Positions 47,798 to 56,747 of a stretch of DNA of 64,000 nt are shown here, in pieces (position 1 is the stretch's first letter; each line of letters begins with the position of its first letter). This DNA comes from an uncultured Nitrospirales bacterium (GTDB lineage Bacteria > Nitrospirota > Nitrospiria > Nitrospirales > UBA8639), in the NCBI GenBank assembly GCA_951812745.1, contig OX638327.1, positions 1,165,914-1,229,913 of the forward strand, written 5' to 3'. A program made the translations under genes and the position numbers. The notes below the pieces were generated by a model. The model saw only the letters and a list, made by a program, of their open reading frames with translations. It did not search any database and was not told where the DNA came from.

Positions 47798-48655
47798 TCA
47801 ACCAAACCTTCCGGTGACGTAATCTTCGGTCCGGCTGTCCGATGGATTGGTAAAGATGGTTTTGGTCTCGGCGTATTCGATCAATTCCCCCATGAGAAAA
47901 AAGCCGGTCAGGTCGGAGATGCGCGCGGCCTGTTGCATGTTATGCGTGACAATCACCACGGTGAGTTGCTCTTTCAGGGAATGCAACAACTCTTCGATCT
48001 TCGCGGTCGAGATGGGATCAAGCGCGGAACAGGGTTCATCCATCAGCAAGACTTCGGGGTTGACGGCCAACGCACGCGCAATACACAAACGTTGTTGCTG
48101 CCCACCGGACAGGCCGAGCGCGCTGTGATGCAAGCGATCCTTGACTTCCTCCCAGAGGCCCGCGCCCTGCAGACTCTTTTCGACAATGCCGTCGAGCACG
48201 GAACGACGCCGCACGCCCTGAAGCTGCGGCCCATAGACCACGTTTTGGTATATCGACTTGGGAAACGGGTTCACTTTCTGGAAGACCATGCCGACCCTGG
48301 TCCGCAGGTCGGTCACGTCCACTGAGGGATCGTAGATGTCCTTCCCGTCAAGACAAATCCTGCCGATGACCCGAGCTCCCTCAACCAGATCGTTCAACCG
48401 GTTGAAGCAACGCAACAACGTCGATTTCCCACAACCGGACGGGCCGATAAAGGCCGTGACGTGATGCGTCGGGACGGTCAGGGCGACTTTGAACAGCGCC
48501 TGTTTCTCGCCGTAAAAGAAGTCGGTATCCTCGACCGTGAGCTTGTGTTCGTTGTCTTGAGAACGTTCAGAAGAAGCCATGGTTGTTTCCGCCGCCTGCA
48601 TGTGTCGAACAGCAGTTTGATGGGGTTGTGATAACGTGTCAATACGTGAACTCAT
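47798..48655 (-). CDS. pstB: phosphate ABC transporter ATP-binding protein
   Basis: [20 protein letters not shown]...[15 protein letters not shown]...[12 protein letters not shown]. The N-terminal start is uncertain. Confidence 0.95.
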   Translation of the reverse strand: MSSRIDTLSQPHQTAVRHMQAAETTMASSERSQDNEHKLTVEDTDFFYGEKQALFKVALTVPTHHVTAFIGPSGCGKSTLLRCFNRLNDLVEGARVIGRICLDGKDIYDPSVDVTDLRTRVGMVFQKVNPFPKSIYQNVVYGPQLQGVRRRSVLDGIVEKSLQGAGLWEEVKDRLHHSALGLSGGQQQRLCIARALAVNPEVLLMDEPCSALDPISTAKIEELLHSLKEQLTVVIVTHNMQQAARISDLTGFFLMGELIEYAETKTIFTNPSDSRTEDYVTGRFG

Positions 48656-48676
48656 GAGACCGAAACCTGTTGAACC

Positions 48677-50311
48677 TTACACCGCCGACGCCTTGAATTT
48701 TTTCTGCATGTAATTGCGAAGGGCCACGGCGCTGAGATTCAGAACAATGACCACCATCACCAGGATCAGGGTGGTGACGTACACCATCGGCTTCGCCGCT
48801 TCAACGTTCGGGGACTGAAAGCCCACGTCGAAAATATGGAAGCCCAAGTGCATGAATTTGCGTTCAAAGTGCAGAAAGGGGAAATGGTGGTCCAAGGGAA
48901 GCGCCGGCGCCAATTTGACGACCCCGGTTAACATCAGGGGGGCCACTTCACCCGTTGCGCGCGCCACCGCCAGGATCAGCCCCGTCAAAATGCCCGGCAG
49001 GGCGCAGGGCAGGATCACGCGCAGCATGCTTTCAAACTTGGTGGCGCCCAACGCCAGGGAGCCTTCACGGTATTCCCGGGGGACGGCTGAAAGCCCTTCT
49101 TCCGTGGACACGATCACCACCGGAACCGTCAACAGGGCCAAGGTGAACGACGCCCACAGAATGCCACCCGTACCGAACGTCGGAGTCGGCAGGGCTTCGG
49201 GGTAGAACAGGGTATCAAGGGTCCCGCCGACCGCGTACACGAAGAACCCCAATCCGAACACGCCGAACACGATCGACGGCACGCCGGCCAGGTTATTGAC
49301 GGCGATGCGAATCACCCGAACGATCAATCCCTGTCGCGCGTACTCCCGCAGGTAGAATGCGGCCAGGACGCCGAACGGCACCACGGCCACGCTCATGATC
49401 AAGACCATCATGACGGTACCGAAGATCGCCGGGAAAATGCCCCCCTCGGTATTGGCTTCCCGCGGTTCTTCGCTCAGCACGGACCAAAAATTCATGAAGT
49501 ATCGGAGAATCTTTTCGACGAAGCCCATGTCGTTGGGACGCAGGGCTTTCACGATTTGGCCGACCGCGAGTTGTTTCTCGCGGCCATTCGTTTCGACGAG
49601 GATCACGGCATATTCGTCGAGTTGACGACTCAATTTCCGAAGGGTAGCCACGTGCTTCTCGTACTGGGTTTCCAACTGTTTGGTGGCGGTTTGAAGCTCG
49701 GCCACCTCCTGGGGCTCATGTTGACCGCTTAATTCCAACTCCCGGATTTTTAAACGGGTTTCTTCGATGTCATAATTGATGTCGCCGATAACGTCTCGTT
49801 GCAGGTGTTCAATCTCCTCATGCAGGTCATTGGCCTGCTCGATGAGTGGCTGTAACGCCTTCCATCCTTCCTGATTGCCCGAAGCGACGACGTCGCCGCC
49901 GCGCGAGACCTCCCGAATCCGGCCATAAAAGTTCCCCCATTCTCTCCGTTCGAACGCCGCCACGTCTTTCGGAGATTCCGCCGAGACGATTTGATCGGTA
50001 TCCACCCACCGGAAGTCCAGGCCATAGAGGTCACGATTCCCGACTTTCAGCCTCACCCGCGTTTTCCCTTCGGGAAATGCCGGCGTCTCCGAATAGGGAA
50101 TGACTTCCTCCCCTTTCAGTTCTCCCAGGACGTGCGTGCCGTCTGTGAGCGTCAGATCCACCAGGGCGTGGGGCCAGAAAAACCCGAGGCCGTTGACCAT
50201 GATCAGGAGCAGGACACCGCCAACGAGGAGCAGCGAGGCAGCCACCGCCGTGCCGCAAAACCACACGAACAGCGTCCCCGAGTCGAGAAATTTTTTGATC
50301 CTGGCACGCAT
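48677..50311 (-). CDS. pstA: phosphate ABC transporter permease PstA, long form
   Basis: The C-terminal half is a PstA-type permease core (...EGSLALGATKFESMLRVILP...). A ~230-aa extracytoplasmic/coiled-coil insert follows TM1. Confidence 0.85.
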   Translation of the reverse strand: MRARIKKFLDSGTLFVWFCGTAVAASLLLVGGVLLLIMVNGLGFFWPHALVDLTLTDGTHVLGELKGEEVIPYSETPAFPEGKTRVRLKVGNRDLYGLDFRWVDTDQIVSAESPKDVAAFERREWGNFYGRIREVSRGGDVVASGNQEGWKALQPLIEQANDLHEEIEHLQRDVIGDINYDIEETRLKIRELELSGQHEPQEVAELQTATKQLETQYEKHVATLRKLSRQLDEYAVILVETNGREKQLAVGQIVKALRPNDMGFVEKILRYFMNFWSVLSEEPREANTEGGIFPAIFGTVMMVLIMSVAVVPFGVLAAFYLREYARQGLIVRVIRIAVNNLAGVPSIVFGVFGLGFFVYAVGGTLDTLFYPEALPTPTFGTGGILWASFTLALLTVPVVIVSTEEGLSAVPREYREGSLALGATKFESMLRVILPCALPGILTGLILAVARATGEVAPLMLTGVVKLAPALPLDHHFPFLHFERKFMHLGFHIFDVGFQSPNVEAAKPMVYVTTLILVMVVIVLNLSAVALRNYMQKKFKASAV

Positions 50312-50320
50312 GGAATCCCT

Positions 50321-52615
50321 TTAAAATTGGCTGTATCGCGCCCGAAGCCGCTGCCGGACGATTTCCGCAAGGGTGTTGACGATGGACGTAAACACGAACA
50401 GGAGGAGGCCGGCCAGGAACAGTAACCGATACAGCGTGCCTCCATGCGGGGCCTCGGGCATTTCCACGGCAATGTTCGCCGATAAGGTTCGGAATCCGTT
50501 GAAGAGATTCATGTCCATCACCGGGGTGTTGCCCGTGGCCATCAGCACGATCATGGTTTCTCCCACGACCCGGCCCAACCCGATCATGAGAGCGGAGAAC
50601 ACGCCGGGACTCGCCGAGATGATGACCAACTTCGTCAGGGTCTGCCACGGGGTGGCCCCGAGGGCCAATGATCCGGCGATCAGGTGGGGCGGCACGTTGC
50701 TCAGCGAATCCTCGCTGATGCTGAAAATCGTGGGAATCACGGCCATGCCCATGGCAAAGGCAATGACCAACGCGTTTCGCTGGTCGTACGCCAACCCGAA
50801 CGTCGACTGCAACCATTGCTTATAGTCCGAATCGAAGAGCCAGAATTCGACCTGGTGATTCAACTGGAGACAGACCCACACCGTTCCGATGAGGAGCACC
50901 ACGAACGCCGCCAATTCCGTCACGTTCCCCGAGTGGCCCTTGAGGCGTGAAGGCAGGAATTGCCAACCGACGCAGACCAACACCACGGCCAGCGGGATCA
51001 GGAGAAACATGGCCACCAGGGCGGGAAAGATCTTTTCCAACAGCGGCGCGAACCACAATCCGGCCAGGAATCCCAGGACGACCGTCGGGAAGGCCGCCAT
51101 GATCTCCACGACCGGTTTGACCACGGCGCGAATATTCGGACGCATGAACATCGCGGTATAGATCGCGCCCAGCACGGCGAGCGGCGTGGCCAGCAACATC
51201 GCGTAGATCGTCCCTTTCAGCGTGCCGAACATGATCGGCCATAAGCCGAATTTCGGCTCGAACGCATCCGAGCCCCCGGTTGATTGCCAAATATGGAGAG
51301 GCTCTTCGTACCCTTCATAGAGCACGGGGAAGAACAAGGACGAGAACGTGGATTCGGGATGCTCATTCTCAAAATGATAGGTGATCAGTCGTCCCGAATC
51401 ATCGAGCACCAAGGCGCCGTCTGTCTTCGGTGCGAACATCGCAGCGACAATGGCGGAACCGTTCCCGGGGATTTGGATGAGCGTCTGATCGGAAGTCGAA
51501 TGGTGCAGGGCTACGCCGCCGGAGACGTCCGCCGTGAGAAATCCTTTATCCCGAAGCGAAGGGGAAACGGCGCTCACGGCCCCGTTATGCGAAGCCAGGT
51601 CCCGAATCTTTTCAAGACGCGGATCACCTCCCACGTCAGGATCGATCACGGACATCCAGACGGAGACCGTCCCTTTTTCCGTACCGACCACGATGGACCG
51701 GTCGCCGATGAGATAGGAAAGGGCGGTGATGGACGTGCCGGCGGAATACATCCCCATCAGCCTCGGGCTTTGGATGTCTTGAATGTCCCAATACAGCAAC
51801 CTGCCGTCCTTCGTACCGCCCAACAGGGTTTCCCCCAAGTCGTCCAGGAGCAGCACGGACAGCGCCTCCACGCCCTCATCAATGATCTCGGCCTGAAGGA
51901 GTTCCGATTCCGTTTCCAGCGCAAACAGCCCCTCCGCCTCCGATTCCTGCATCTTGGTAAGGAACAAGCGGCCCGACCCGGTCAAGACGGCGGCGATGGG
52001 TCCACTGTCCGTCTCCCGGTAGGCAAGTCGCGCAACGGGCTCACCCGTCGGGGCGGCCTCAAACGGCTCACCCGAAGTCACCACCGGTTCGGTTTTTCGT
52101 ACGTCGTCTTCGAACGTGACTCGAAACGTGACGTACAAGGGCATGACTCGACCGATTCTCGTCCCGAGTCCATAGACGTGGTCTTTCCCCGGAGAGCGGG
52201 CCAGCGCGGTAATTTCCCCGGTCTCGAAGTCCGGCACGGACTTGAGCGGTATCGGCGTGCCGGAGGGAAACCTATAGAACGAAATGTCGCCGTTTCGAAG
52301 TACGTATCCCACTTCCCTGTATTCATTGATCCCCACACTGACGTTTTCCAGAGGAGCTTCCCCGCTTGTGTCGATGTGCACGGAAGTCCCTTGGCTCCAG
52401 GAAGCGGCGTAAAACAACGGAGCCACTTCGATAAACAGGTAGGCAAAAATACCGAAGATGCTAAAAATGGTCGCCCATCCGCCAAGGGTAATCACCCCTC
52501 TTGCTCCATGGTCGGCCCAACGCCGCAACGTCCGGGAGGTTATCTTCGAAGGGAACGACGGCGCAGGGGGCGATGCCGTCTCGACCTGATTTGCTGTGGG
52601 ATCAGCCTGGTTCAT
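50321..52615 (-). CDS. pstC: phosphate ABC transporter permease PstC, long form with ~430-aa N-terminal repeat domain
   Basis: C-terminal ~300 aa are a PstC core (...AGSLALGATPWQTLTKLV...). The N-terminal domain after TM1 shows WD40/beta-propeller-like units (GTKDGRLLYWDI; GTEKGTVSVWMS; HNGAVSAVSPS). Confidence 0.85.
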   Translation of the reverse strand: MNQADPTANQVETASPPAPSFPSKITSRTLRRWADHGARGVITLGGWATIFSIFGIFAYLFIEVAPLFYAASWSQGTSVHIDTSGEAPLENVSVGINEYREVGYVLRNGDISFYRFPSGTPIPLKSVPDFETGEITALARSPGKDHVYGLGTRIGRVMPLYVTFRVTFEDDVRKTEPVVTSGEPFEAAPTGEPVARLAYRETDSGPIAAVLTGSGRLFLTKMQESEAEGLFALETESELLQAEIIDEGVEALSVLLLDDLGETLLGGTKDGRLLYWDIQDIQSPRLMGMYSAGTSITALSYLIGDRSIVVGTEKGTVSVWMSVIDPDVGGDPRLEKIRDLASHNGAVSAVSPSLRDKGFLTADVSGGVALHHSTSDQTLIQIPGNGSAIVAAMFAPKTDGALVLDDSGRLITYHFENEHPESTFSSLFFPVLYEGYEEPLHIWQSTGGSDAFEPKFGLWPIMFGTLKGTIYAMLLATPLAVLGAIYTAMFMRPNIRAVVKPVVEIMAAFPTVVLGFLAGLWFAPLLEKIFPALVAMFLLIPLAVVLVCVGWQFLPSRLKGHSGNVTELAAFVVLLIGTVWVCLQLNHQVEFWLFDSDYKQWLQSTFGLAYDQRNALVIAFAMGMAVIPTIFSISEDSLSNVPPHLIAGSLALGATPWQTLTKLVIISASPGVFSALMIGLGRVVGETMIVLMATGNTPVMDMNLFNGFRTLSANIAVEMPEAPHGGTLYRLLFLAGLLLFVFTSIVNTLAEIVRQRLRARYSQF

Positions 52616-52637
52616 GAGGAAGTCGTTGACGCGTAAA

Positions 52638-52687
52638 TAACAAAGCCATGTCCGAAAACCGAGGCTTTGCAGGACATGGCTTTGTTA
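52638..52687 (-). terminator. intercistronic 16-bp stem-loop between pstS and pstC
   Basis: taacaaagccatgtcc-(18 nt)-ggacatggctttgtta. The minus strand continues with tttacg; there is no long U-run. Confidence 0.6.
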
Positions 52688-52745
52688 CTATTGTTGCTCA
52701 ATGGTCGTACACTTTGGCTTTCAGTTCAAGCGAGACGACTGAAGC

Positions 52746-53768
52746 TTACATTTCACCCAACTTCTTGGTGATGAGGGTTTGCGGCAAAGGGAAATAGCCA
52801 TCCTTGATGACGATGTTCTGTCCCGCTGTGCTATACACGTATTTCAGGAATTCCGAGACCAACGGCGGCAGCGGTTTCCCCGGAGCTTTATTCACGTACA
52901 AGTAGAGGAACCGCGCCAACGGATACTTGCCGACGGAGGCGTTGGCAAACGTCGGGTCATAGCACCCGGCGCCGCTCTTGGCCGACAACGGAATCGCCCG
53001 GACGCCCGAGGTCCGATACCCGATGCCGCTGTATCCTAGCCCACCACGATCCTCCGTCACGCCCTGCACTACGGAAGCCGAGCCGGGTTGCTCCTTGACC
53101 TCATCCTTATAATCGCCTTTCTTCAACACCTTCTTCTTGAAAAACCCGTAGGTCCCCGAGGCTGAATTTCGACCGTACAGGCTCACCCTCGTGCTTTTCC
53201 AGTTCCCATCAAGACCCGCTTTCCCCCACGTATCGATATTCACGGAATGCCCGCGCCTCCGGGTTTTTGAAAACGCGGCATCCACCTCTTCCATACTGAG
53301 ACATTTCACGGGATTGTCCTTGTTGACGTACACGGCCAGCGCATCGACGGCCACGGGGAAACTGGTGGGTTTATAGCCGAATTTCGCTTCGAACTTGTCC
53401 ATCTCTTTCGCTTTCATTTGCCTGGACATCGGCCCCACCTGAGCCGTCCCTTCAATGAGGGCCGGGGGCGCCGTGCTGGAGCCTTTCCCTTCGATTTGAA
53501 TCTTCACGTTGGGATATTCTTTTCTGAACCCTTCGGCCCACAGGGTCATGAGATTGTTGAGAGTGTCGGACCCAATGCTGTTCAGGTTCCCGGACACCCC
53601 GCTCACCTGACTATAGCTTTTCCAGGCCGGGTCCACCATCGAGTCGGAAGCCGCCCCACTCTGGATTGCACTGCCAATACCGATTGCCAGGAAAAGGAAA
53701 CTCACGGATACAATCCTCTTACTGAAAAAACGACTTGTGTCGTGTGCCAAGACGAAACGTCTCATCAT
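52746..53768 (-). CDS. pstS: phosphate ABC transporter substrate-binding protein
   Basis: Signal peptide, then ...GSDTLNNLMTLWAEGF...IEGKGSSTAPPALIEG...ASGTYGFF. Confidence 0.95.
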   Translation of the reverse strand: MMRRFVLAHDTSRFFSKRIVSVSFLFLAIGIGSAIQSGAASDSMVDPAWKSYSQVSGVSGNLNSIGSDTLNNLMTLWAEGFRKEYPNVKIQIEGKGSSTAPPALIEGTAQVGPMSRQMKAKEMDKFEAKFGYKPTSFPVAVDALAVYVNKDNPVKCLSMEEVDAAFSKTRRRGHSVNIDTWGKAGLDGNWKSTRVSLYGRNSASGTYGFFKKKVLKKGDYKDEVKEQPGSASVVQGVTEDRGGLGYSGIGYRTSGVRAIPLSAKSGAGCYDPTFANASVGKYPLARFLYLYVNKAPGKPLPPLVSEFLKYVYSTAGQNIVIKDGYFPLPQTLITKKLGEM

Positions 53769-53824
53769 GCTGCAACCCTCCTTCTGAAGAATGTATTTGC
53801 GGTACCGTTCCCTGGCAGTTGCCT

Positions 53825-53879
53825 ACTCTAACGGTTGAATGTTTCCCGGACGTAAAAAGTAGGTTACGAAATTGTTAAG
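53825..53879 (-). promoter_or_regulatory. Pho-box-like array + -10 (pstS promoter)
   Basis: The minus strand reads CTTAAC/CGTAAC/TTTTAC/GGAAAC (plus-strand starts 53874, 53863, 53852, 53841; 11-bp phase), then 10 nt, then TAGAGT. Confidence 0.65.
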
Positions 53880-54073
53880 CGAAAGGGGCTACCCGGAGGC
53901 CCTCATGCTTCGGCCCTGCCGGTCTGCCAAACGAAACGGCCGTGTTCACACGGAATGGACGTCTGCACTATACGGGGAGCGTATTGCAGTCACATATGAG
54001 AAGGGTTACACCTCGGTAAATTTTCTGCGCCCTCTTACATGGAAGAGGCTGTTGTGTAGGGCGTCCCTGCCGA

Positions 54074-54270
54074 ACCCCCCTGGCCCCCCTTATCAGGGGG
54101 GAAAAGACTTGCTGCTGTCCCCTGCTCAGGGGGAGAGAGGAGTTCTGCTGTCCCCCTGACAAGGGGGATTGAGGGGGTTGTCTTCCAAAGGCGGGGCAGG
54201 CACGGGGGCCGTCCCCTACAACGACCATGATGGAGGGACAGGGTTAGCGTGGCGTAGCGTAACCCGACCA
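54074..54270. repeat. cluster of REP elements (families E, D, A)
   Basis: cccccttatcagggggg...cccctgctcaggggg...ccccctgacaaggggg; ggcacgggggccgtcccctacaac; gggttagcgtggcgtagcgtaacccgac. Confidence 0.85.
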
Positions 54271-54271
54271 G

Positions 54272-55657
54272 CTAGCAGGCGGGTTGGAGTTGCCCGGCCG
54301 GAAGCAGAACTTCGATCGTCGTGCCCTTGCCGTATTCACTCTCGATGTGAAGCGTGCCGCCGTGCAATTGCACCAAATGTTTCACGATGGCGAGACCGAG
54401 GCCGGTGCCGCCTTCCACGCGGGCACGCGCCTTGTCGACCCGGTAAAACCGTTCCGTAATGCGAGACAGATCGTTTGGCGGAATACCCTGCCCCGTATCC
54501 CGGACCGTGATACGAATTTGACGGATGTCCATTTTCGCCGCGAGAAAACTGACCGTTCCCCCTGCCGGCGTATACTTCACGGCATTGTCGACCAAATTCA
54601 CCAGAATCTGGGAAAGCCGGTCCCGGTCGGCCTGCACCCATAAACCGGGAGGGACCTGGTTGACGAGCCTCACGTCTTTTTTCCCGGCATCCTTCTCAAA
54701 CATCGCCGAGACGTCCTGCACGAAGTCCCCGAGACTGATGGGAATGGGATCCAGGACCACTTTTCCCGTCTCGATGTCGGAAAGGTTCAGCAGGTCATTA
54801 ATCAAGCGCCCCATCCGTTCCGCGTGGCTGTTCGCGATCTCCAGAAATCGCCGGTGCGTGGCCGATTCCAGCCTGGTTTCATCGAGTACGGTCTCCAGGT
54901 ACCCCTTAATGGCCGTCAACGGCGTGCGTAACTCATGGGACACGTTCGCCACGAATTCCGCGCGGACCTTTTCCAGCCGCCGCAATTCGGTGATGTCGTG
55001 CAGGACGAGCAAAAAGCCGCGGCGCCGGGAGGTAAAAGGCATGGGCATCGCATTCACCTCGATGTTTCGCAAGGCCGGCATATAGCACTCGATTTCCCGC
55101 TTGCACGGCTCCGCGGTGTCGAGGGCCTGACACATCTCCACCCAATCGGCCAATCCCTTGTCCCTGACGACCTCCAATAAGGTGCGCCCTTCTCCCTGGT
55201 CCTGAGCAACGTCGAGAATCCTTCGCGCCGCGGGATTCATCAGAATCACGTACCCTTGCCCATCCAAGGCGATCACACCCTCAGTCATATTATCGAGGAT
55301 GGCGGTGCCTTTCGCTCGTTCAGACTCCAAGACGTCAACCCGTGTCCGGGGGTACGCCCTGATGTAATCCAACGCCTTTCTCAAGCCGTTCCATTCATCG
55401 TCCTCGAGTGTCTGCTCCCGTTCGCTCCACCCCTCCAGCAGACGCTCAGCCCGGGTGTCCATCTCATGGAGCGGCCTCAACAGCCTTCGGCCCAACCACA
55501 TGCCAAAAGGAAACCCCAACGCGGCAACCACCAAGGACCCAACCCAGAGCGTCCCGCCGGTCGCCCCGGAAGAGGCCAACAGCCCCATGGCCCCCATGCC
55601 GGCCAACGTCATGCCACTGAGCAACAAACCCAGACGTGTCAGTAACCGGCTCTTCAA
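54272..55657 (-). CDS. phoR: phosphate regulon sensor histidine kinase
   Basis: Two N-terminal TM helices, a PAS domain, the H-box FVANVSHELRTPLTAI and an ATPase domain (...RDTGQGIP...GGTGLGLAIVK). Confidence 0.9.
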   Translation of the reverse strand: MKSRLLTRLGLLLSGMTLAGMGAMGLLASSGATGGTLWVGSLVVAALGFPFGMWLGRRLLRPLHEMDTRAERLLEGWSEREQTLEDDEWNGLRKALDYIRAYPRTRVDVLESERAKGTAILDNMTEGVIALDGQGYVILMNPAARRILDVAQDQGEGRTLLEVVRDKGLADWVEMCQALDTAEPCKREIECYMPALRNIEVNAMPMPFTSRRRGFLLVLHDITELRRLEKVRAEFVANVSHELRTPLTAIKGYLETVLDETRLESATHRRFLEIANSHAERMGRLINDLLNLSDIETGKVVLDPIPISLGDFVQDVSAMFEKDAGKKDVRLVNQVPPGLWVQADRDRLSQILVNLVDNAVKYTPAGGTVSFLAAKMDIRQIRITVRDTGQGIPPNDLSRITERFYRVDKARARVEGGTGLGLAIVKHLVQLHGGTLHIESEYGKGTTIEVLLPAGQLQPAC

Positions 55658-55674
55658 AACCGGGGGCTCCTCAT

Positions 55675-56370
55675 TCAGCCTTCCTCCTCGAAGCGGTATC
55701 CCACACCCTTGACCGTCACGATCCGGTGACTTTCATCTTTGAGTTTTTCTCGAAGGCGCCTGATGTGGACGTCCACCGTCCGCGATTCGATCTCCACGGC
55801 ATTGGCGTATCCCCAGACCATTTCCAGAATCTGCTCCCGGTTCAACACCCGGCCGTTGGCCTGGACGAGCGCACGGAGCAGATCGAACTCCTTCACCGTC
55901 AGGTCGATGAGACCGGCTGCAACCCGAACCTGATGTTTCGCTTCGTCGATTTCAAGCGTCCCGATTCGCCTGATGCCGCCCGTTTGCGCATCACGCCCCC
56001 GCCGCAATACCGCCTTGATCCGAGCCACCAATTCCCTGGGGGAAAACGGTTTGACCAGGTAATCGTCCGCCCCCATCTCCAGGCCCACCACCCGATCGAC
56101 TTCTTCGGCTTTGGCCGTCAGCATGATGATCGCCACGTTGGCCAAGGTCCGATCCCGGCGAAGCAACCGGCAAATTTCCAACCCGTCGATACCGGGCAAC
56201 ATGAGATCCAGCACAATCAGATCCGGGCGTTCGGTCCGGGCGAGTTGCAGCGCCGTTTCGCCTTCAAACGCCTCGATACAGGACAGGCCTTCTTTCTCCA
56301 AATGGTGGCGAACGAGGTTCACGATCGCCTGTTCATCATCCACGATTAAGGCTTTCAGCGCCATGGGCAC
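55675..56370 (-). CDS. phoB: phosphate regulon response regulator (OmpR/PhoB family)
   Basis: ALIVDDEQAI...DLIVLDLMLPGIDG...LTAKAEE...winged-helix LTVKEFDLLRAL...RTVDVHIRRLREKL. Confidence 0.9.
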   Translation of the reverse strand: MPMALKALIVDDEQAIVNLVRHHLEKEGLSCIEAFEGETALQLARTERPDLIVLDLMLPGIDGLEICRLLRRDRTLANVAIIMLTAKAEEVDRVVGLEMGADDYLVKPFSPRELVARIKAVLRRGRDAQTGGIRRIGTLEIDEAKHQVRVAAGLIDLTVKEFDLLRALVQANGRVLNREQILEMVWGYANAVEIESRTVDVHIRRLREKLKDESHRIVTVKGVGYRFEEEG

Positions 56371-56462
56371 CTGTTTTGGTGTGAATCCCTCATTCGAAAA
56401 GCAGAGCGTGTCTCTCCTTCAAAACATGGCTGTACCGCAAACGTGGCACAACAATCATTCCA

Positions 56463-56506
56463 AGTTTATTGGCTTGATGTTTCCTCTGGGTTTCATTTGT
56501 GTTAAG
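56463..56506 (-). promoter_or_regulatory. Pho-box-like array + -10 (phoBR promoter)
   Basis: The minus strand reads CTTAAC/TGAAAC/GGAAAC (plus-strand starts 56501, 56490, 56479), then 10 nt, then TAAACT. Confidence 0.55.
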
Positions 56507-56747
56507 GCTTCTCCCCCGTTCGTGAAATTTTCGTATTTAATGTAGCACAAAAGGTACTCGTTTGGCTTGACCCCACCCCCGCTGCCGTGTAAGCAGGCTC
56601 CGATTTCTCCTTACACCTGTCTCCGACGTCCGTCCTCGACCCGACCGGGGATCCGGGAAAGGGAAAGACTGGCAGGCCCTCGCGCAAGGGACGGGCACGG
56701 TGTGGTTCGGACGTGGTCAAGGCACGCGTGCAGTCGTCGACCAGAAT

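Noticed and set aside
51284-52636. 450-aa plus-strand ORF. Similar large antisense ORFs occur at 40318-41355, 62185-63144, 19037-20077, 12078-12956, 12938-13996 and 59938-60873.
   Set aside because: All lie opposite well-supported genes (pstC, Lgt-like, FGE, Sel1, pssA, psd/ilvC, YfcH-like/FGE) and have arginine/glycine-rich, motif-free translations.
18397-54270. Possible CRISPR array, given the many short palindromic repeats
   Set aside because: The repeats are dispersed singly or in mixed clusters, are not regularly spaced with unique spacers, and no cas genes are present.
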